From Candidatus Dasytiphilus stammeri (GTDB taxonomy: Bacteria > Pseudomonadota > Gammaproteobacteria > Enterobacterales > Enterobacteriaceae), in assembly GCA_041944325.1 (NCBI GenBank), contig CP145878.1, positions 260,852-324,851 of the forward strand: a stretch of 64,000 nt of DNA, read 5' to 3'. The notes beneath the pieces are model-generated. The model was given only the letters and a program-made list of their open reading frames with translations. It had not been told where the DNA came from and did not search any database. Of the stretch, positions 12,462 through 21,370 are shown piece after piece. Position 1 is the first letter of the stretch. Each line of letters opens with the position of its first letter. A program made the position numbers and the translations under genes.

Positions 12462-14111
12462 ATGACTGAATCTTTTACTCAACTCTTCGAAGAGTCCCTT
12501 AAAAAAATCAAAATCTGTCCCGGGTCTATTATTAGTGGTCTCGTGGTTGCTATTAATAAAGATATCGTATTAATTGATGCAGGATTAAAATCCGAGTCGG
12601 CGATTCCAATCGAACAGTTTAAAAATGCTCATGGTGAATTGGAGATACAAATTGGTGATAGAATTGATGTTGCTTTAGATGCCGTCGAAGACGGTTTTGG
12701 AGAGACGCTGCTTTCACGTGAAAAAGCTAAACGCTATGAAGCTTGGTTACGTTTAGAAAAAGCTCATAAAGAAGCCGCCACGGTTATGGGTATTATTAAT
12801 GGCAAAGTTAAAGGGGGTTTTACAGTTGAGTTATCAGGTATTCGGGCCTTTCTTCCTGGTTCGCTTGTTGACATGCGGCCGGTGCGCGATACTTTTCATT
12901 TAGAAGGTAAGGAACTGGAATTCAAAGTAATCAAATTAGATCATAAACGTAATAATGTGGTTGTCTCACGTCGTGCAGTAATTGAATCGGCAAACAGTGT
13001 CGAACGCGAGCATTTATTAGAGAACCTAAAAGAAGGTGCTAAAGTTAAAGGTATTGTTAAAAACCTTACTGATTATGGGGCTTTTGTAGATTTGGGTGGT
13101 GTTGATGGTTTATTACACATTACTGACATGGCATGGAAACGTGTTAAGCATTCCAACGAAATAGTGAAAGTCGGAGATGAAATTACCGTAAAGGTATTGA
13201 AGTTTGATCGTGAACGTATCCGAGTTTCTCTAGGTTTAAAACAATTAGGTGAAGATCCTTGGAATGCGATTGCTAAACATTATCCGGAAGGTACGAAGAT
13301 TTTTGGAAAAGTAACAAATATTACCGATTATGGTTGTTTTGTTGAGGTAGAATCAGGTGTTGAAGGATTAGTACATGTTTCAGAAATGGATTGGACTAAT
13401 AAAAATATTCATCCATCCAAAGTAGTGACCCTAGGTGAGATTGTAGAAGTAATGGTATTAGATATAGACGAAGCCCGCCGTCGGATATCTTTAGGTTTAA
13501 AACAGTGTAAAATCAATCCATGGCAGAAATTTTCTGAAACTTATCATAAAGGGGATCAGGTTAAAGGTAAGATAAAATCAATTACTGATTTTGGGATTTT
13601 TATTGGACTAGATGGTAATATTGACGGGTTAGTACATCTTTCCGATATTGCATGGAATATTAGTGGAGAACAAGCCGTTATAAATTATAAGAAAGGTGAT
13701 GAAATCACAGCAGTAGTTATACAAGTTGATGCCGAGCGTGAACGCATTTCACTAGGAATTAAACAGTTAATAGAAGATCCCTTGAACCGCTATCTTTCTT
13801 TAAATAAGAAAGGTACGATAGTTACTGGAAAAGTAATCGCTGTGGATTCTAAAGGAGTAAAAGTAAAATTAGCAGATGGTGTTGAAGGTTATCTTAGAAC
13901 TAATGAAGTCATTCGGAGTTTCCAGGTTAAGGATGAAGTAGTCGCTAAGTTTACTGGCGTTGATCGTAAGAACCGGATTATTAGTTTGTCTGGTCGTACC
14001 AAAACGGAATCAGAAGATCTTGATATCATTAAGAAAGTTAATAAAAATCAGGAAGCAAACAGCTTTTCTAGTGCTATGGCAGAAGCTTTTAAAGCGGCAA
14101 AAGGTGAGTAA
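12462..14111 (+). CDS. rpsA: 30S ribosomal protein S1
   Basis: 549 aa with repeated S1 domains. Collinear with E. coli RpsA. Confidence 0.95.
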   Translation: MTESFTQLFEESLKKIKICPGSIISGLVVAINKDIVLIDAGLKSESAIPIEQFKNAHGELEIQIGDRIDVALDAVEDGFGETLLSREKAKRYEAWLRLEKAHKEAATVMGIINGKVKGGFTVELSGIRAFLPGSLVDMRPVRDTFHLEGKELEFKVIKLDHKRNNVVVSRRAVIESANSVEREHLLENLKEGAKVKGIVKNLTDYGAFVDLGGVDGLLHITDMAWKRVKHSNEIVKVGDEITVKVLKFDRERIRVSLGLKQLGEDPWNAIAKHYPEGTKIFGKVTNITDYGCFVEVESGVEGLVHVSEMDWTNKNIHPSKVVTLGEIVEVMVLDIDEARRRISLGLKQCKINPWQKFSETYHKGDQVKGKIKSITDFGIFIGLDGNIDGLVHLSDIAWNISGEQAVINYKKGDEITAVVIQVDAERERISLGIKQLIEDPLNRYLSLNKKGTIVTGKVIAVDSKGVKVKLADGVEGYLRTNEVIRSFQVKDEVVAKFTGVDRKNRIISLSGRTKTESEDLDIIKKVNKNQEANSFSSAMAEAFKAAKGE

Positions 14112-14143
14112 GGTGTTTTATGGTTTGCCTGTTGTCACTAGTT

Positions 14144-14185
14144 ATGATGTCAGAAATTATTGAAATGCTCGATCTCACTAATTGA
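14144..14185 (+). pseudogene. ihfB: remnant of the integration host factor beta N-terminus
   Basis: A 13-codon ORF, MMSEIIEMLDLTN-stop, lies 33 nt downstream of rpsA. It resembles E. coli IhfB MTKSELIERLATQQ and sits at the ancestral rpsA-ihfB position. Possible further fragments up to about 14296 are too decayed to call. Confidence 0.4.
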
Positions 14186-14499
14186 GTCAATTAAATATTG
14201 AGTTATGAACATTAAACCATTATTTAAATATAAGACATGCATCAAGATAATGCCGAATATCTAAATGGCAGCTTTTTCGGCGTCTTTAGGCAATGATAGT
14301 TCCATTTAAAATAGGCTTAATATTAATGCTAATGACGCCTTTATGATTGATATAGCATCTTAGATTCAATTCATTGCCTTAGCGATTCTTGTGCTCTATA
14401 CGGCAATTTTCCTAGTGTCAAATCTTCATCTTTTTAATGATACTATTTGCTTATGCACGTAATGTATAAAATAAAACACCAATCGATCACATTTGACAC

Positions 14500-14745
14500 A
14501 TGAGCTGGATTTTGATAAACAAGCTCCAAACATTCTATGTGTTACACGAACATATAAGGAGACTAAATTATCTGGACTATCGGTTACTAGAAATTATTGC
14601 TTGTCCAATTTGTAAAGGAAAGCTGTTTTATTCTAAAGATCGGCAAGAGCTCATCTGTAAATTGGATAATGTAGCTTATCCAATCCGGAATGGTATTCCT
14701 ATTTTACTTGAAATAGAAGCCCGTTTATTATCTCCTATAAATTAA
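14500..14745 (+). CDS. ycaR: Trm112-like small protein YcaR (the true start is probably CTG 14572)
   Basis: The C-terminal 57 aa, [51 protein letters not shown], match the full length of 60-aa E. coli YcaR. AAGGAG at 14556-14561 lies 10 nt before the CTG. Confidence 0.8.
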   Translation: MSWILINKLQTFYVLHEHIRRLNYLDYRLLEIIACPICKGKLFYSKDRQELICKLDNVAYPIRNGIPILLEIEARLLSPIN

Positions 14746-14878
14746 ATCTTTGAGAATAAACCAGGTGCCGCTGCAGATACTTGAATGAATAGTTTCCTTT
14801 AACTACCTAAATTGGACCTAAGTATATTATAGTCATAGACTATTCTTCTAAGATTACTATAGAAGTTAAGATTTGATT

Positions 14879-14954
14879 TGGTGGGTCGTGCAGGATTTGA
14901 ACCTGCGACCAATTGATTAAAAGTCAACTGCTCTACCAACTGAGCTAACGACCC
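14879..14954 (-). tRNA. tRNA-Lys (anticodon UUU)
   Basis: The reverse complement GGGTCGTTAGCTCAGTTGGTAGAGCAGTTGACTTTTAATCAATTGGTCGCAGGTTCAAATCCTGCACGACCCACCA folds as a cloverleaf. It is nearly identical to E. coli tRNA-Lys, and CCA is encoded. Confidence 0.92.
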
Positions 14955-14965
14955 AAAATTTTAGG

Positions 14966-15041
14966 TGGTAGGTGATGACGGATTCGAACCGCCGACCCCC
15001 TCCTTGTAAGGGAGGTGCTCTTCCAGCTGAGCTAATCACCC
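14966..15041 (-). tRNA. tRNA-Val (anticodon UAC)
   Basis: The reverse complement is GGGTGATTAGCTCAGCTGGAAGAGCACCTCCCTTACAAGGAGGGGGTCGGCGGTTCGAATCCGTCATCACCTACCA. It lies divergent from gltX, as the valU operon does in E. coli. Confidence 0.92.
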
Positions 15042-15143
15042 CTGTTGAATTGCATTATAGAGATAGTTCAAAGTGAGTCAACGAATTTTAAATTAAAATC
15101 TCAAAATATTTTATTATAAAACTAATCTGGGGTCAGGGGAACC

Positions 15144-16562
15144 ATGAAAACTAAAACGCGCTTTGCACCGAGTCCAACTGGAAATTTACATATCGGTTCG
15201 GTTCGTACTGCACTTTACTCTTGGTTATTTGCTCGTAATCAAGGAGGAAATTTTATCTTACGTATAGAGGATACCGATCAGCAACGTTCCCAAAATCAGG
15301 CTAGTAATGCTATTTTAGAGGCTCTGAACTGGTTACAAATTGATTGGAATGAAGGTCCTTATTACCAGACACAACGTTTTGCCAGATATCATGCGGTTAT
15401 TGATGATATGTTAAAAAAAAAAATTGCTTATAAATGCTACTGTAGTAAAGCTAGATTGGAAAACCTTCGGGCTACACAGATGGCAAATGGTGAGAAACCG
15501 CGTTATGATGGTTACTGTCGTAGGATATGCAGCCGGGAAACAAATGAATATGTAGTACGTTTTAGCAATCCTCAACATGGTGAGGTATTATTTGAAGATC
15601 TAATACGTGGTACTATCAGATTCAGTAATCAGGAACTCGATGATCTAATTATTCTTAGATCCGACGGTTATCCTACATATAATTTTTGTGTGGCTATTGA
15701 TGACTGGGACATGCAGATTACACATGTGATTCGTGGGGAAGATCATATTAATAACACGCCTCGTCAAATTAACATCTTGAAATCTTTGGGAGCATTCGTA
15801 CCCGCTTATGCTCATGTATCGATGATCATTGGTGAAGATGGCAAAAAATTGTCCAAACGTCATGGTGCGGTTAGTGTTATGCAGTATCGTGATGAAGGTT
15901 ATTTACCTGAGGCATTGCTTAATTATCTAGTACGGTTGGGCTGGTCTTATGGAAATCATGAAATTTTAAGTATTGATGAAATGAAATCATTATTTACTTT
16001 AGATAGAGTGAGTAAATCGGTAAGTGCGTTCGATAAAAATAAGCTTTTATGGATTAATCACTACTATATTAATAAATTACCTGTAGACTATGTAGCTTCA
16101 CAATTACAATGGTATATGGATCGTGAAAAAATTGATATTAGTGAAGGACCTTCATTACGAAGAGTGATAGAATTATTTGGTAGTCGATGTAATACTTTAA
16201 AACAGATAGCAGTTTCAAGTCGTTATCTTTATGAAGAATTTAATCTAAAGAATATCAGTTACGCGAAACAATATTTGCGACCAGCAGCTATACAGTCACT
16301 AAAAATCGTATGCGATCATTTATCGAGTATTACGGATAAAGACTGGACTGTCGACCATGTACATCACGCCATTAATTCTACAGCTAAGAAGCTGAGTATT
16401 AATATAGGTAAAATTGGGATGCCATTACGTGTAGCAGTAACCGGGATCAATCAATCTCCTGCTATTGATGTTACGGTGCATGCCATTGGCAAAAAAAAAG
16501 TAATTAAACGCATTAACCAGGCATTATTCTATATCTTAGATAGATATAAGTTAAATAGCTAA
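15144..16562 (+). CDS. gltX: glutamate--tRNA ligase
   Basis: 472 aa with PTGNLHIGS (HIGH) and KLSKR motifs. Collinear with E. coli GltX. Confidence 0.95.
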   Translation: MKTKTRFAPSPTGNLHIGSVRTALYSWLFARNQGGNFILRIEDTDQQRSQNQASNAILEALNWLQIDWNEGPYYQTQRFARYHAVIDDMLKKKIAYKCYCSKARLENLRATQMANGEKPRYDGYCRRICSRETNEYVVRFSNPQHGEVLFEDLIRGTIRFSNQELDDLIILRSDGYPTYNFCVAIDDWDMQITHVIRGEDHINNTPRQINILKSLGAFVPAYAHVSMIIGEDGKKLSKRHGAVSVMQYRDEGYLPEALLNYLVRLGWSYGNHEILSIDEMKSLFTLDRVSKSVSAFDKNKLLWINHYYINKLPVDYVASQLQWYMDREKIDISEGPSLRRVIELFGSRCNTLKQIAVSSRYLYEEFNLKNISYAKQYLRPAAIQSLKIVCDHLSSITDKDWTVDHVHHAINSTAKKLSINIGKIGMPLRVAVTGINQSPAIDVTVHAIGKKKVIKRINQALFYILDRYKLNS

Positions 16563-16581
16563 TCTAATGATGGACTCTAGC

Positions 16582-17775
16582 TCACCACACCAAACCGGTA
16601 ACTGAAGCAGATAAGATACTCACAAGCGTTGATCCGTAAAGCAGCTTTAATCCAAATCTCGCCACAAGGTTTCCCTGTTCTTGGTTTAACCCTTTGACAC
16701 TACCTGAAATAATACCAATAGATGCAAAATTAGCAAAAGAAACTAAAAATACTGATAGGATCCCTTCAGTACGTGGAGATAGTTGACCAGATAATTTTGC
16801 TAGCAACTGCATTGCTACGAATTCGTTCGTAACTAGCTTAGTAGCCATAATACCACCTACCTGTAGAGCCTCATTTAATGGGACACCCATTACCCAAGCC
16901 AATGGAAATAATGCATAGCCAATAAGAGATTGAAAGCTAATACCAAATAGTGTGAGGAATAACAAGTTAATAACAGTAAGTAATGCAATAAAACCAATCA
17001 GCATTGCGGTTACAATCGCCGCAATTTTAAACCCAGTAAGAATATAATCACTCAACATTTCAAAAAAGCTTGGTTTAGCATCATGCACATTACTCATGAG
17101 TAGATAAGAGTCTTCGTCTTTTATTTGATATGGATTAATAAGTGACAAAATAATAAAAGAACTAAACATATTTAGTATTAATGCGGTGACAACATATTTT
17201 GGCTGTAAGATTGTCATATAAGAGCCAACAATTGACAGAGATACGGTAGACATAGCGGTTGCGGATAAAGTATATATTCGTTGTGGAGGAAGTTTTCCTA
17301 TTATATCTTTATAAGCGATAAAATTTTCTGATTGTCCTACAATCAAACAGCTAACAGCATTAAATGATTCGAGTTTTCCCATTCCATTAATTTTAGATAA
17401 TATAATTCCGGTAAAGTTGATAATTATAGGCAAAACTCTCAGGTACTGTAAAATTCCAATAATTGCTGAAATCAAAATGATAGGACAAAGTACATTTAAG
17501 AAAAAAAGCGCTAGTCCATAACGTCTAACATCACCAAATACAAAATCAGTACCTTCTGCAGTACACTTCAGCAAAAGGGTGAATAAATTGGTAAAACTGT
17601 TTATAACACTGTATCCAATTTTAGAGTGAAGAAAAAAATATGCCAGAAAAATTTCTATAAATAACAATTGGATTATGAAACGAATTCGTATAATTTTACG
17701 ATTATGACTGACTAGTAATGCGAGAAATGCAATAATTCCTAATGATAAAATAAAATGATAAATCTTTTCAGACAT
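16582..17775 (-). CDS. nupC: nucleoside:H+ symporter, NupC family
   Basis: 397 aa, collinear with E. coli NupC ([33 protein letters not shown]). Confidence 0.9.
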   Translation of the reverse strand: MSEKIYHFILSLGIIAFLALLVSHNRKIIRIRFIIQLLFIEIFLAYFFLHSKIGYSVINSFTNLFTLLLKCTAEGTDFVFGDVRRYGLALFFLNVLCPIILISAIIGILQYLRVLPIIINFTGIILSKINGMGKLESFNAVSCLIVGQSENFIAYKDIIGKLPPQRIYTLSATAMSTVSLSIVGSYMTILQPKYVVTALILNMFSSFIILSLINPYQIKDEDSYLLMSNVHDAKPSFFEMLSDYILTGFKIAAIVTAMLIGFIALLTVINLLFLTLFGISFQSLIGYALFPLAWVMGVPLNEALQVGGIMATKLVTNEFVAMQLLAKLSGQLSPRTEGILSVFLVSFANFASIGIISGSVKGLNQEQGNLVARFGLKLLYGSTLVSILSASVTGLVW

Positions 17776-17943
17776 GTCTGCTCCAAAAGAGTACCAGGTA
17801 GAGTTATTGATTAAATCAAATTACGATATTTTAGATAATTGATAAAAATCCTCTCAAAATTTTTATAATCACCATAATTAACGTCTATATTTAGAGAAAA
17901 TCTTCTCAGAAAACTGCCATCCCTTAATTAATTTTAAGATTTT

Positions 17944-18019
17944 TGGTGTTCCCGGTAGGACTCGAACCTACAACTAGCCCTTAGGAGGGGCTTATTATAT
18001 CCTTTTTAACTAAGGGAAC
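17944..18019 (-). tRNA. argW: tRNA-Arg (anticodon CCU)
   Basis: The reverse complement GTTCCCTTAGTTAAAAAGGATATAATAAGCCCCTCCTAAGGGCTAGTTGTAGGTTCGAGTCCTACCGGGAACACCA closely resembles E. coli argW. There is one 7:66 acceptor mismatch. Confidence 0.85.
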
Positions 18020-18210
18020 GCTCTACTCTAATAGAGATAGATATTTACAAAATCCCTCGATTAATTACAGCAGGATTTATTGTTGGCTCTGAGATTTTTC
18101 ATTTGACTCGCATAATTTTTAAACAATTTAGTATTTTTATAATTTTGGCAATCCTTCATAAAGGTCTCAAATTGAGAATGATTATTACTTAATAAATCTG
18201 ATCTGTATGT

Positions 18211-18444
18211 ATGTTAACTGTCTGTACTGGACTTGGAGTAATATTATTCGTTTTGGTTTCAATTCTAGTAAATTCGGTAAAAAAATTAATTTCGCTAAAA
18301 TTGGTCTGCTTAATGTTCATCTTCTATGTCGTAGGTTTGCTTTGCATTTTAGTAAACTTCATCCTGGTATGTAAATTGATTTTTATTTATTTTCATGAAT
18401 CCAACCAATTTTTATCTTTGTATAGTGATACCAAATTAGACTAG
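18211..18444 (+). CDS. hypothetical 77-aa hydrophobic (about 2 TM) protein whose stop overlaps the ypdB start; possibly a collapsed remnant of the partner sensor kinase
   Basis: ORF only, with no homologue I recognise. The TAG stop shares its G with the GTG of the downstream response regulator (TAGTG). Confidence 0.3.
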   Translation: MLTVCTGLGVILFVLVSILVNSVKKLISLKLVCLMFIFYVVGLLCILVNFILVCKLIFIYFHESNQFLSLYSDTKLD

Positions 18445-19172
18445 TGAAAGTGAAAGCTATCATTGTTGATAATGAAATTCCAGTTCAGCAAGAACTAAAT
18501 TTGCTCATACGTCAGTACAGTCGTCTGATTAACATTAGGGAAATCTTTGATGATGGTTTAGAAGTATTCAAATATCTTCTCAACCATCAAGTAGATGTGA
18601 TTTTTCTAGATATACGGATTCCATCTTTAGATGGAATTATTCTGGCTCATAACCTAAAAAATTTTGTAAATAAGCCAATTATTATATTTGTTACTGCTTA
18701 TAAGGAGTATGCGGTGGAAGCCTTTGAGTTGGAAGCTTTTGATTATATTATTAAACCTTGGCAGGAAAACCGTCTGTTAACCGTGTTGCATAAATTAGAA
18801 GTTAACTGGCAGCAAAAGCTACAAAAGATTCTTCTCCCAGGATTAAAAACTATTAATTTGATAAAAAATGATCGTTTTATTGTTACTAATCTTAGTGAGA
18901 TTGGTTATGCCGAAGCTCATGAAAAAATGACTTTTGTTTATACCAGCTCGGGAGAGTATGTAATGCCAGTAAGTATTACTAGATTTTGTCAACAACTGCA
19001 GTCTAGCGAGTTTTTTCGTTGTCACCGTTCCTATTGTGTTAATCTCACTCATATAAGAGAAATTGAGCCATGGTTCAATCAAACTTATTTACTTCAACTT
19101 CGTGAGCAAAATTTCAGAGTACCTGTGAGCCGCAGTAAGGTAAAAGAATTTAGGCATCTCATGCGAATTTAG
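18444..19172 (+). CDS. ypdB: two-component response regulator, REC + LytTR DNA-binding domain (YpdB/BtsR family), with no cognate kinase gene adjacent
   Basis: 242 aa with phospho-acceptor context VIFLDIRIP. The blocks AVEAFELEAFDYIIKP, YAEAHEKMTFVYT, FFRCHRSYCVNL, IEPWFN and VPVSRSKVKEFR match my recollection of E. coli YpdB. GTG start. Confidence 0.8.
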   Translation: MKVKAIIVDNEIPVQQELNLLIRQYSRLINIREIFDDGLEVFKYLLNHQVDVIFLDIRIPSLDGIILAHNLKNFVNKPIIIFVTAYKEYAVEAFELEAFDYIIKPWQENRLLTVLHKLEVNWQQKLQKILLPGLKTINLIKNDRFIVTNLSEIGYAEAHEKMTFVYTSSGEYVMPVSITRFCQQLQSSEFFRCHRSYCVNLTHIREIEPWFNQTYLLQLREQNFRVPVSRSKVKEFRHLMRI

Positions 19173-19273
19173 ATGGTTTTGATTCCATTTTAAATGCTTT
19201 TAATGCAATTAAGATTAGTATTACATAGTATATAATTTAAACTCTTATTCTCTATAGTAAATTGTCAGTTTTT

Positions 19274-19301
19274 TTGCAATTAAATTTACAAATACTATTC
19301 A
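19274..19301 (+). promoter_or_regulatory. candidate sigma70 promoter for the deazapurine operon (TTGCAA-16 nt-TATTCA)
   Basis: Hexamers at 19274-19279 and 19296-19301. This is sequence resemblance only, in an AT-rich spacer where such matches are common. Confidence 0.2.
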
Positions 19302-19486
19302 ATTAGACCTTGAATGGATTAATCTCATCATAAAATTTCTCAAGAGTTAAATTACTTCATTGCTGCACTATGCTTATGTTTCTATAATTAATAACAATCC
19401 TACAAACCCATATATAACTTCTCCAGTTGATAAGTTATACTCCATGGATTTTTATATTTGATGATATACTGAAGGATACTAATTAT

Positions 19487-20176
19487 ATGTTTGGCCAAAA
19501 CCCTGCTCGAAAAAAAGCTCCTGATAGTGACCAACTATGGGTTGAGGAGATTTTCCAGACTATTCAAGGAGAAGGACCATATAGTGGTTATCCCGCAACT
19601 TTTATTAGGCTCTCAGGTTGTAATTTAAAATGTTATTGGTGCGATACACAATTTGAATCATTTAAATTGAATCTGACTCCTCTAGAAATTTTTCATAAAA
19701 TTAAGAATCTTCATTACCCTACTCCTGAATTAGTAGTGATTACCGGTGGAGAACCGTTTCGACAAAATATAGTACCATTAATAGAATTTCTTCTTAACAA
19801 GAAATTTCAAGTACAAATAGAAACTAATGGAACTATACATCGACCAATTAATCTTAATAAAAGCCTGACAGTAGTATGTAGCCCTAAAACCCCTCAGTTA
19901 CATCCAAGAACCGTAGAAATCATTACTCACTATAAATATGTCATTGCGTATGGAGAAATTGATGAAGATGATGGCCTACCGGCTTGTTGCACTCAAATCA
20001 AAGGTAAAAATCTCAAGTTATTTAGACCTCCTTTAGGAAAGCCAGTATACGTTATGCCTCGAGACGATTATGATAAAGAAATTAACCAAAAGAATATAAA
20101 TACTTGTATAGAAGTAGCCCTGAAACATGGTCGAACATTAAATCTTCAGTTACATAAACAACTTGATCTCCCATAA
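19487..20176 (+). CDS. queE: radical-SAM 7-carboxy-7-deazaguanine (CDG) synthase, QueE-type (ToyC/TubB analogue)
   Basis: IFQTIQGEGPYSGYPATFIRLSGCNLKCYWCDT carries the QueE QGEG box and a CX3CX2C cluster motif. GAAGGA lies 10 nt upstream of ATG 19487. The ORF track's TTG 19427 start adds 20 unsupported residues. Confidence 0.8.
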   Translation: MFGQNPARKKAPDSDQLWVEEIFQTIQGEGPYSGYPATFIRLSGCNLKCYWCDTQFESFKLNLTPLEIFHKIKNLHYPTPELVVITGGEPFRQNIVPLIEFLLNKKFQVQIETNGTIHRPINLNKSLTVVCSPKTPQLHPRTVEIITHYKYVIAYGEIDEDDGLPACCTQIKGKNLKLFRPPLGKPVYVMPRDDYDKEINQKNINTCIEVALKHGRTLNLQLHKQLDLP

Positions 20177-20221
20177 GGAATTTTTTCTAATGAAGGAAAA
20201 TATAAATATAAGGAAAATACT

Positions 20222-20818
20222 ATGTCAAATCCAAAGGAAAAAGCCCGTCAAGCTGTCGTGGATATTTTAAATTACCTGGGTGAAGATGTGACTCGACAGG
20301 GACTTATTGATACACCAGATCGTTTTCTAAAATCGTTAAAAACTCAAACCGAAGGTTATTCTAAAGACCCTTCTAAAATTCTAGAAAAATTTTTTGAAGA
20401 AGTTGAAGGATATAATAATTTAGTGCTTCTTCAAAATGTTCATTTTGAATCTACATGTGAACATCATCTAGCTCCTATAGTAGGCAGTGCTATGGTTGGC
20501 TATATACCTGATAGGAGAGTAGTAGGGCTTTCTAAACTTGCACGTGTTGTAGATGTATTTTCTAAAAGATTACAGATCCAGGAAAGATTAACCTCCCAAA
20601 TTGGACAAACGCTTGACGAGGTCCTTAAACCTAAAGGAGTCGGTGTTATTATCAGAGCTAGACATAACTGTTTGTGTACGCGAGGTGCTTATAAACCTAA
20701 TGCTTTTATGACCACTATTTATTTTTCTGGAATTTTTGAGCAAGATTTGCTTAAAAAAGAAGAATTTTATAAATCTGTATCTCTTCCTTGGGGTCAAGGT
20801 GTACATTATTCTCAGTAA
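20222..20818 (+). CDS. folE: GTP cyclohydrolase I, short (Bacillus/actinomycete-like) form
   Basis: 198 aa with GLIDTPDRF, the zinc site CEHHLAPI, GLSKLARVV, IQERLT and HNCLCTRG. AAGGAAAA ribosome-binding site. Confidence 0.85.
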   Translation: MSNPKEKARQAVVDILNYLGEDVTRQGLIDTPDRFLKSLKTQTEGYSKDPSKILEKFFEEVEGYNNLVLLQNVHFESTCEHHLAPIVGSAMVGYIPDRRVVGLSKLARVVDVFSKRLQIQERLTSQIGQTLDEVLKPKGVGVIIRARHNCLCTRGAYKPNAFMTTIYFSGIFEQDLLKKEEFYKSVSLPWGQGVHYSQ

Positions 20819-20827
20819 GGAAATATT

Positions 20828-21370
20828 ATGTATCAAATTAACCGAAAAATAGAAATTGATGCTGGTCATAGAATTAAAGCACATGCTTCAAAATGTCGCA
20901 ATTTGCACGGACATAGATATTCAATTATTTTAACTATTTCATCACAAGAGTTAATTAATCAAGGATCTCAAACCGGTATGGTTATGGATTTTAGTTTTGT
21001 AAAAGATGCTATGAAAGAATGCATTGATAGTAATTGTGATCATGCAATGATTGTAGATGCAGAAGATAATTACCTAATAAAAATATTAGATCTTGTTGAA
21101 GATGGAAATAAAGTTCAACAGTCTAAAAATGCTTTACTTGTTTATAATTCCGCTGGAATGAAAATTTATATCGTCCCTTTTTCACCTACTGCTGAAGCAT
21201 TAGCAAAGCACTGGTATGAAATACTTTCCAGTAAAATTTCTAAACGATTGTCAGAAAAAAATTGGATGATCGTTGAATCTGTCAGGGTTTATGAAACTCC
21301 TAATTGTTGGGCAGAATATCCTGCGTATCCTAAAGAGATGTCCGATGTTCAGAAAAAGTTATGTATTTGA
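20828..21370 (+). CDS. queD: 6-carboxy-5,6,7,8-tetrahydropterin synthase (QueD/PTPS family), long form
   Basis: 180 aa. IEIDAGHRI...KCRNLHGHRY carries the PTPS zinc/His motif, followed by GMVMDFSFVK. The start lies 9 nt after the folE stop, with AAGGA overlapping that stop. Confidence 0.8.
   Translation: MYQINRKIEIDAGHRIKAHASKCRNLHGHRYSIILTISSQELINQGSQTGMVMDFSFVKDAMKECIDSNCDHAMIVDAEDNYLIKILDLVEDGNKVQQSKNALLVYNSAGMKIYIVPFSPTAEALAKHWYEILSSKISKRLSEKNWMIVESVRVYETPNCWAEYPAYPKEMSDVQKKLCI

Noticed and set aside
16582-17775. nupC nucleoside transporter 1.7 kb from the operon, as a dedicated exporter, importer or resistance gene. The same question applies to the MATE pump mdtK at 31866-33230.
   Set aside because: Both sit in their ancestral E. 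coli neighbourhoods (gltX-nupC; valV-mdtK-ribC). Their proximity is explained by synteny. A functional link is possible but unsupported.
19427-19486. TTG-initiated 20-codon N-terminal extension of the QueE-like ORF (ORF-track start 19427).
   Set aside because: The extension (MISYTPWIFIFDDILKDTNY) has no QueE counterpart. ATG 19487 has a GAAGGA ribosome-binding site at the correct spacing.
19173-19486. A preQ1 or other purine-type riboswitch controlling the deazapurine operon.
   Set aside because: I could not find the preQ1-I hairpin plus A-rich CTAA tail, or any conserved-looking structured element, by eye. A covariance-model scan is needed before excluding it formally.
21273-21344. Upstream start of the IMPDH/GMPR-like ORF, giving a 98-nt overlap with queD.
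   Set aside because: The 24 extra residues are non-homologous. The IMPDH-family N-terminus (..FDDVLLVP) begins right after Met at 21345.
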